A stretch of DNA of 60,100 nucleotides, counting the filler, from Hausera hauseri (taxonomy: Eukaryota): NCBI GenBank assembly GCA_046269625.1. It is 10 parts of 10 records of this genome, joined end to end, with 100 filler letters (N's around TTAATTAATTAA, not from the genome) between each part and the next. Parts side by side here need not be neighbours in the genome. Positions count along the whole stretch, not along the records: positions 51,902 to 60,100 come from JBJURY010733211.1; 9 more parts are not named here. One strand, 5' to 3'. The position numbers and the translations under genes were made by a program. The notes under the pieces are model-generated. The model was given only the letters and a program-made list of their open reading frames with translations. It was not told where the DNA came from and searched no databases. Shown piece after piece: positions 51,902 to 60,100 of the stretch. The first letter of the stretch is position 1. Every line of letters begins with the position of its first letter.

Positions 51902-52996
51902 AAGCAACCAATCCAAATTCTTATGAATGCATCGGCTATTGAATTTATATTGATGCAGCGCAATGGAACAGCTTCAGGCCAACGAGATGCGCGGTCCATG
52001 AATGTTAAAACGAATTGGTGACCGTTATTAGAAGGTAATGGGCCTGCGATCTCTAAGTAAACTGATTTAAAACTGGACGTGCAAGGAAAATGAAATAATT
52101 GTGGTTTAAGACGCCTGGCTCCCTTAAATTTTTGGCAAGATATGCATTGGTTAACTCAGTCCTGTACGTCAGACCTCATTGATGGCAATGTAACGTGACG
52201 TTTGAGGAGGCGAAATGTAGCCTTCGTACCTGGGTGATGTAACGAACGGATATGGTTAAATGTATTTATTGTAGAGAAGGTGCCATGATTGCCAAATTTT
52301 GCCCAGGTGTCGACGTGTCTATGGCTACTCTATCGATGATTTGGACGGATTTGTACTGTTTAAGAATTTCAGCTGAAGGGGAATTTCGGATTAATTGTTC
52401 CTTAGCGAATACTGGTGTGACACTAATAGCACCAACTGACCGTGATAAGAAATCAGCTAATACATTGTCTGTGCCAGAAATATGGCAAATTTTAAAGTTG
52501 AATGTAGACAGATTTGAGATATGGCGTTCTTGTCGAAGTGATGGTCGTTTCATGTTCATTACGTGATCGAGAGGTTTGTGGTCCGTTTGAATGGTGAAGG
52601 AACGAGCAATAAGTAAATATGAAAAATGTTTCAGAGCTAAAACAATGACCAGGAATTCTCTATCGAAGGTGGAATAACGGCGTTCTTATGGCTGGAGTTT
52701 ACGTGAAAAAATTCTAACGGCTCATTTATCCCTTGAGATATTTGATAAAGAACCGTTCCTACTGCTGTAGTTCACGCGTCGATTGTTAAAATGAGGTCAG
52801 CATTAGGTTTTGGGTAAGCTAAAATTTCGACTGTTTTAAACTTGTTGCAGAGTTCACCGATCTGGTTAACAAGTTCTGGTGCCCAATATATGAGCTTTTT
52901 CTTCGGCCCTGCTCCTATTTGAACAATAGAAGCAATTAACTGGCCATAGTGTGGGACGTATTTATGGACAAAATGTAAAGTCCAAAGGAAACTACG
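51902..52996 (-). mobile_element. Gypsy family A: RT thumb, RNase H and integrase N-terminal half (downstream half of the split element)
   Basis: RSFL-TLHFVHKYVP..RYSTFDREFL..TDHKPL..DNVLADFLSR..HHPG..RWPEAVPL. Confidence 0.93.
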
Positions 52997-54910
52997 TATT
53001 ATTTAACACGCGTTCAAAACATAGATCCTGCGAGAACCACTGCAAACAAAATTTCTGAATACATTTAGTGAACCCATGATGGAACCGCCCGACCATAAAA
53101 CTTGTAATCATAACTACTACTGCAACTTCTTTTCATTTCTAGTTAAATTCCGACGAGATCAAAACGATGATTTGTGTATGTAAATACCACTNNNNNNNNN
53201 NTCAAAACTGCAGATAAAAATTCCTTGAATCGAAATTAGAGAATAAATTCGTTATAACTCAAAATGAAATCCAAATTAAAATGTATTATTAGAATGGCAC
53301 AAAAAATTCTTTAAAATTAATATCGAGAAATTACTTTCAAAATATAGCAAAATTCAATTCAAACAAAATATATGCACATATTTGCCAGTATCATTCTAAA
53401 CGATTTCTGAATAATGATTCGTTTCCACTATGTGAATAGTTAATTCCGGAAGAGTTCTGTACGACTGTTGGCATCTCATACACCTCAGGATTTCGGTTTC
53501 ACTGTTTATCCACATATCTTGCTCTCTTACCAATTTCGGAATAGTTTTTTCAATTTTGACGAATTTGGTGTATGTTGAGATGTTTTTAGATAAATGGTAA
53601 AAGGATAGAGATTTTTGAATTCTTCACCACAAAAACAATTGAAAACTGTTTCATTGTACTTTTCCTAATGCAGATTAGCTGAGAGATTATTTGGAGTCAT
53701 GTTGTAAGACAATGAGCTGCTTGTGTGTTAAGACGAATTGTTATCTACAACTGTGGATTTACTATTATTTTCAGCAGAATTACAAATTTGAGAAATTTTA
53801 CGTTGAAAGATGAAGTATTCGATTTCTATAATCTAGCATTGTTATTATTGTTGAATAATGACAATTGCGCGGACGATTTTTTACTGGGAATCTCGGAATT
53901 ATATTATAATCTTTTCTCATCACTATTTAGACTAACTGAGTTAGAATACTTTGAATTCGCATTCATCTTCAATGTGAGAGGAGCACGGCAGTTCGGTGAA
54001 ATAAAACTGTTATTGAATATATTGTTTGGTCTTTGTTGGTAATTTATACTATACTTTTGATTGCCACGCAGTGACACCCCATAAGATTCCGGACTATCAA
54101 GGATTTTAATTTTGGTCAAACCGTAATTTCTATTTAATGCAAAGGAATTATACACCAATTTAGAATCTCACAGGAATTGTAATGGATGGGACTTTTTTGA
54201 TTTGAAATTTATATCTTGACTGACACTTTCTGACAATAAATGATACTTCAGATCACTTTCTTCTGATTGTTGAGACGTAAATGAGACGGAATTTTACATT
54301 AGAGAATGAAACATATTCCCGAACAAATAGAAATGTGGATTATGCTGAAAAATGTTGAATGGGAAGGAGGGATGTTGGAATATTTCTAGAATGCACTGGC
54401 GGAGGAGGAATTGCAGGAGGCACAAATGGTGACAAGGACGAATTCATTGAACATAAAGACAGAAGATAATGATGCCAATAGGACCAAGCTTCTATGTGTG
54501 GAAATGACTGTTTATTTTGGTACAACATTGGGATATATTTTGATTCTTCTGTCTTCTGTTGTTGGGAATCATGGCAATTAATAATACTTTCAGATCCGAC
54601 TAATGAAAATAGTGCTTTCATTGTTTCTCGATAATCAAAGTTTTGAACACTTTTCTGATAGTAGAAATGAATCTGTTGAATCCTTCGATGAATCTTTACA
54701 TGATGATCTTTCCTTTTCATTATTTTTCTCTTGCGGTAAAAGCAATTCCATTGTTTTACTGAGACGGTCGTGTAGCAATTTTAGACTCAACAATTCTTCA
54801 CTACTTACCGATGAATGATCAACTAATAAAAATTCAAAGTCAACCCGAGATTCATTAGACATTAGCCCGATCAAATGGGCCAAAGGGCACCGGCCGCGAT
54901 AGGCACCACA
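52997..54910 (-). mobile_element. TSD-flanked insertion that begins with a family A LTR start and carries ~1.8 kb of non-Gypsy sequence
   Basis: Direct repeats ctacg at 52992-52996 and 54911-54915. Minus strand starts TGTGGTGCCTATCGCGGCCGGTGCCCTTTGGCCCATTTGATCGGGC. Contains an N10 gap. Confidence 0.65.
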
Positions 54911-56745
54911 CTACGCATGTCAGTAGTAGTTTTGGGTAACTCGATGTTTCGTAATTTTTAAATTCTATCAGGCTGTGGACTGTGACCGTCAGGTGTGATG
55001 ACGTGGCCAAGGAAATTGACTTTTTTCTGGAAGAAGGAACACTTAGAAAAGTTCACTTCCAAATTGTAGTTGTGTAAGCGTCGGAAAACTAGTCTGAGAT
55101 GTTCTTCGTGTTGTTTGGGCGATACGGGTGCGACTAGTACGTCATCGATGTACGGATATACAAATGGTAAGCCTGAAAGGACTGAATCAATGTGCCGTTG
55201 AAAAGTTTGTGCTGCGTTATTTAAACGAACTACATGAATGCATTTTCTAAAAGACCAAAAGGTGTTATTATGGCCATATTTGGATGTCATCGGGTTCTGC
55301 CGGTATTAGGTGGTAAGCTTTTTCAAGATCTGTAGTGGAATAAATTGTGGTTTTGTGTAAAGACTGCAATATATCCTTAATCAAAGGTACAGGATAAGCA
55401 TCTATGGTTGTGACGTTATAAAATTGGCGATAATCGCCGCATGGATGGAATGTGCCATCTTTTTTGGGACGACGTGGAGTGGTGATGCCCATGGTGATTT
55501 TGACCGTTTTATTATGCCAGCTTGCTCAAGTGCAGAGAATTCCGCTTGGACTGCCTGTCGACGGAGTGGTGAAAGTGGGCGGAGTTTCTGCTTAACGGGT
55601 CTAGGATTTTCTGTGATAATATAATAAAGCGACATGTTAGCCGGCCGAAATGCTGTGCCTTTTTTATTGTATGAAAACAAGACTTGGTTAAATATTGTTG
55701 CAATTCTTAACTAAGAGTAGTGAAGGCTGTTGTTGTCACGGCAGTGTACTGATTGAACTTAGTGTAAGAAACGGTAGAAATCGGGTCGCCTATATTGGGC
55801 TTCAAAAGATACGTAAGATTATTTATATTGGTATTTATAAGGTTTTTATTCACATATGTTGATGGTATCTGTAATATTGATTTTATAGTCGAGGTAGGCT
55901 GCATGATCGGTTGGTTATTTGTAGAGGTCGGCTTTGTTGAACTGCTTTTAATGATCCGACGTTGTCTACAATCTAGAAGATTGTAGAAAGATAAAAAAAA
56001 TTAGATCCAAATATTGGAGATTGTGTGTCGGCAACGATGAAAGTCCAATTGAAAATGTCGGAGAATGGTTGTAAGGTGAATGAAACCTTGGACGTGCCGA
56101 AAATGCGTAATGCTTGGCGGTTAGCTGTGTACAATTTGATGTTAGATGGTGTTTTGATGGATGGTGGTAACAAAGGAACAGCAGCCCCTGAGTTAATAAG
56201 GAAGTTGAGATTGATTGGATTTGGACGTTAGAGGCTTTTAATGTGAAAGCGGCAAAAATACGGCTATTAGGATGAAAATTTTTGCCTTTGCCAGCATGTG
56301 CCGAAACAGCTGGTGGCTTTATAAGTTTTTCTGAGACCCAGGATTTATGTTATTGGAAAGGGTAGGTCGTGATGGATTAGATCGGTTAACGAAAGTGCAA
56401 CCTGTAATGCAGTTCTGTGCTTTAGAATTTAATTTATTATGGTAAGTGCAGATAATATTGGATCGTTTGAAATGGGGAGCATAAAATCTGCAAACTAAGC
56501 AACATTTAGCAGAGTTATTTTTGAATTTGGTGTGGTAATAACACACCATTGATCGTGTAGGTGACCTCGCATGCCTTGAATTTTGAGACGAAGTGCGACT
56601 ATGGTTCGCATCGAAAAGATTTCGTCTAGGCATGGTCAAAGCTTTGATTTTTGAAGTGACTGCAGAAATTGCTTTTTGAAGTCTTGTGTTTATGGTACAC
56701 GCCGATGCAGGTGAGCCAACTCTGCTCGGATCCTCCGCGAGCACC
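54911..56745 (-). mobile_element. Gypsy family A: gag 3' part, PR and RT (upstream half of the split element)
   Basis: Twin knuckles, FLINSGAAV, SPWASPLHVVPKK, CGDYRQ, PYIDDVLV, NFLGHVI. Ends at TTTDMRS. Confidence 0.93.
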
Positions 56746-57859
56746 ACTCGGTTTCCGGTAACATCATTCGCCTCATGATCACAAATAAGCTGAATACTGA
56801 TACTGGCCCATGTAGTGACAATAGCGTAATCAAGTATATTCTGCTTGTTTTCCAAAATGGTTGAATCACAATTTTTTACAAATTCAATGAAAATCTTCTT
56901 GAACGAGTTTGTGAAATCACATAAGTTGATATGAAATGTAATGAGTAATTTTGTGACAAGAGCAGGAGCAATGTTGCGTTTTGAGAATGTCCCGTTGCTA
57001 AATACGATGAACTTATTGATACCATCATTTCCAATTATCAGAGAATTCTCATAATAAACATGCCTGTCACTACAATCATTCAGTAGATACAAATCAATTT
57101 CCCGTTGTAATATCCTAGCTCGATCAGGATCCGATTCCTTCCTAATGAGCGATATTAGTCTTTGGTGCGTTAGTTCGGAATTATCGACTAGATTTGTAAT
57201 AAATCTGTGAAGTTTTTAGAAATGCATGGAACCAAAAAACATTTTGAATTGCGACAAAACAAAACTAGAATTCTTGTCACAGTAATACTCGTCATGGTAT
57301 GGAACAAAATCTTTAACATTTTCTTTCGTATACTTGCATCGCTGACGCATTTGAAGCTTGCTAAAATAGAGCAAACTTCTGATAAATTTTTCTTGCTGTA
57401 CTGTAGAAATTATCAATGATATCCCTCGTTTTATTTTTCCACGACCAAGAAACATTGAACCCCTTGAGACTTACGGTAGGACATTTGTTAGAAAACTATC
57501 GCATATAAAATCCTTTTCACAGATTGTTTACACCACTGAACAAAACTCGTGCATGTATGGTGATTCCACCGATCTAGTATTGATTTGAATTCCTTCAGTG
57601 TAAACTGGACACTCTGAAAATATTGATTCTTTGGACTTTGTTCTTCGTTTCATTATTTGCAAATCGTCTAAAAGTTTCAGTAAGACTATGTAAACGCAAA
57701 TTAAAAAATAAATTTATCAATATGGCCAAAAAATTTTACTTGAACTCAAAAAAAACGTTGTTCATTTTATTTCTATTTTTTTAAACAAACTTGCAAAACA
57801 TTGTACAAAGTGCATTTTTGTATCTATGTACATGTATAGAAAACCCAGAAAAGCTTGCG

Positions 57860-57975
57860 CCGATCAATGATTCATCAATTCCCCAGATAATCGGTTTCCT
57901 TCTCACGAATGGTCCACAAATACTTGATGGAAGATGAAGTTCGCCCGTTCGATAATAATCCAAAACGAAATCTGA
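57860..57975 (-). CDS. Kv-channel T1 (BTB_2) domain exon fragment, Shaw/Kv3-like
   Basis: FVLDYYRTGELHLPSSICGPFVRRKPIIWGIDESLI resembles VLNYYRTGKLHCP.DVCGP....EL.FWGIDE. A tttcag acceptor lies upstream. The expected PCCW and the other exons were not found, so it may be a pseudogene. Confidence 0.6.
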
Positions 57976-58889
57976 CTGAAATAATTTATGAATTTTCACC
58001 GATTCTTTGATAAAGAGCACGAAAATAAAAAATACTAATTACAACACTCAGCTAGTCATTCGTTTGCTTTCGCCAAAACTTGCGTGAAATTAATTGAATT
58101 TCGAAAGTTAATCCGTTTGAGCATAAACTAATTTCCATCGCATTAATGATCGCTGCATCACGTAAAGTAGGCAATCATTGAGTTTTGTTTTCCATGAAGC
58201 TTTTTTTGACTAGGTAGAAACCACGTTATTGCAGTTTTCAAAACTAATGATATTAACTACATTTCCGAAATATTTGGTAAAAAAGAAAATATGCCGGATT
58301 TAAATGTACAGTCACCTTTGAAATAGACAAACGTTATACTTGATCCATACGGTTGGCTCTGGGAACATTGATCGATCATGACCATCATCAAAAGTTCATT
58401 TGACAAGTAAACGTGTTTGCTAAGCAAAGGAACCAATCTGACTTTTCGTTTCTGCACTTAAATCGATTAACAACACCCACAGAATTCATTGAAAACAAAA
58501 TAAAATTGCACTTTCACAAATGTCAAAACATTAATTTACAACTATTATTTCACGATAATACAATTTTAGATCATAACATCCGCAAATTTAAAATGACGAA
58601 CCGTGCATTCTATACCCTGCATTTATTAATGTTTTGTGGAGAAAACAATAATTGCATAGGTACCGATTTCGACTGCGGGACGGCTATGAAAGACAATGAG
58701 AAATTCTTTTCAGACACTGGATCAAGGGCACTTGGCGGTAGACTGGTTGTACGTTAAGGTTGAACAAGCAATTACTCACTGTTTGCTACGATAATATTCG
58801 ATTAGTAAACACAAAATGTGCTACTAAGCCTGCAGATAAAATCCTAACATGAATGTCGGGTCAATGTTGTCGAAAAATTTTTTTTGAAT

Positions 58890-60100
58890 TCTTTCGAGAC
58901 GGAAGATCGGGGTCCCGCCTATGGGCCCGACGCGGCGGCAACGGACGCCCGGCCGTGCCCGACCAAATGGGCCAAAGGGGACCGGCCGCCGCGGGCACTA
59001 CGTCAGCCCCGTGGCAAAGTGAAAACTATAAAGATTAAAACAGACGGAAAAAATAAAATAAGCGCTAAACAGAAGTGTCTGTGTCAGTCGGTCTTAGTGT
59101 GGACAAGACGTTGGGTGCCTTCTAGTGATTTTTCCCTGCTATACTTGCTAAATGTGACTCTGCGTGTTTTGTCTTTATGCGGTGTGTTTGCTTGCAGAGG
59201 TTGGAATTGGGGAAAAAAATATCGGATTTTGTTGTGAGTGTTATGTCGTGCAAGGACAAATCAGAATGAAGAGAAGAAGGTAAAGGAGGAAGAGAGATTG
59301 CCGAAGACGGATGGTTAAATGTATTCTAGAGTGTTAGAAGACGTAGGAACGGTAAAAGGTATAGTGGCGGATAAAGGAAGAGAAAGAGAAGTTGGAGTAG
59401 AGGTTGGAATTGAAGTGTGAGAGAGTGGAAGTGAAAGATGGAACAGAAGTAGTGGTTGAGAGAGGAAAGGGCGAAGATATACTAAATGGAAGAAAACAAG
59501 ATGGAGAAGGGGAATAAGAGTAGTTGGAAAGTGGTGTGCAAGAGGTTGAAATCATGAAAGGGATGGATAAAAAGATTGGTGAAATCGAAGTGGTGTTTGA
59601 GGGAGAAAGTATTGTAAGAGGAGAAGGTAGGTTGTTATGAAGGGATAAAAGAGGTGTAAAAAGGCTTCAAGGTGCAGAATCGCATGGGGAGAAAGAGGCT
59701 GAATTGTGAAAAGACACTGAAGTGGAAGTTTTGGGAAAAACGTAGAGGAAAGTGGTTAAGACATTGAGCAGAGATGGAAGATGGATTGTTAGATTACTGC
59801 GCGTCACATAAAGATGTTGGTGGAGAAGTGACTTCGATGGGAGACGACCTTTGCCGTCTTTGAAAATGATGGTGTTGTGGGAGTATAAGCTAATCACTTT
59901 GTAAGGGCCGACATACTGAGGTTGAAACCAACACGGCGTCTGATTCTTTAACCAAACGAACTTTGCAGCACATAAATAGTCGGGTATTTAGGGTTTATTT
60001 CTGTGTAACAGTCTGCAAAATGAGTCTTTGCTGATCTCAACAAAGTGTCTTTGTGCCGCTTGTATGCTTTCGTCTGTAGGAGTGTTATCTAGCTCAGTCA
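58890..60100 (-). mobile_element. Gypsy family A 3' end: IN C-terminus, S/P-rich tail, short PPT and 3' LTR start
   Basis: KFVWLKNQTP..FQPQYVGPYKV. RRVTFSKYSREK. ccacggggctga followed by CGTAGTGCCCGCGGCGGCC... (LTR start near 59001). 59000-59400 is closely similar to 17780-18200. Confidence 0.92.

Noticed and set aside
56725-56740. tRNA primer-binding site TGGTGCTCGCGG on the minus strand
   Set aside because: No LTR end (CA) precedes it, and a similar word occurs near 53040 at the end of the insert. It is more likely LTR-derived; unresolved.
58905-59000. HDV-like ribozyme in the family A LTR
   Set aside because: A G-started 7-bp P1 followed by GG exists, but L3 is only 5 nt without the UCC needed for P1.1, and no P2 or J4/2 fits.

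Overview
AT-rich eukaryotic (metazoan-like) DNA with 40-50 bp introns. It is not one locus: ten short scaffolds are joined by nine artificial 100-nt spacers (N44-TTAATTAATTAA-N44), so adjacency across spacers is meaningless. Most of the window is decayed mobile DNA. (1) A Tc3-like transposase fossil whose catalytic core is replaced by an 8.5-kb degenerate (GTK)n satellite. (2) Five Ty3/Gypsy pieces; four belong to one family with a GC-rich LTR, and the three of those that retain gag share a doubled zinc knuckle and a -1 frameshift signal. (3) A second family with ~860-bp LTRs that carries a RING-finger ORF just before its polypurine tract. (4) A Polinton/Maverick capsid plus adenain fragment. 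(5) A TIR-bounded Tc4/Tc5-type transposon. (6) An RTE LINE 3' end. (7) A chuvirus-like glycoprotein fossil. (8) A 4-kb intronless multi-TM polyprotein fossil of unknown origin. Host genes are a spliced STE-like kinase with HRD>HGN, the 5' half of an M17 aminopeptidase and a Kv T1-domain fragment. All family calls rest on motif recognition by eye; no database search was run, and the organism is not identified.
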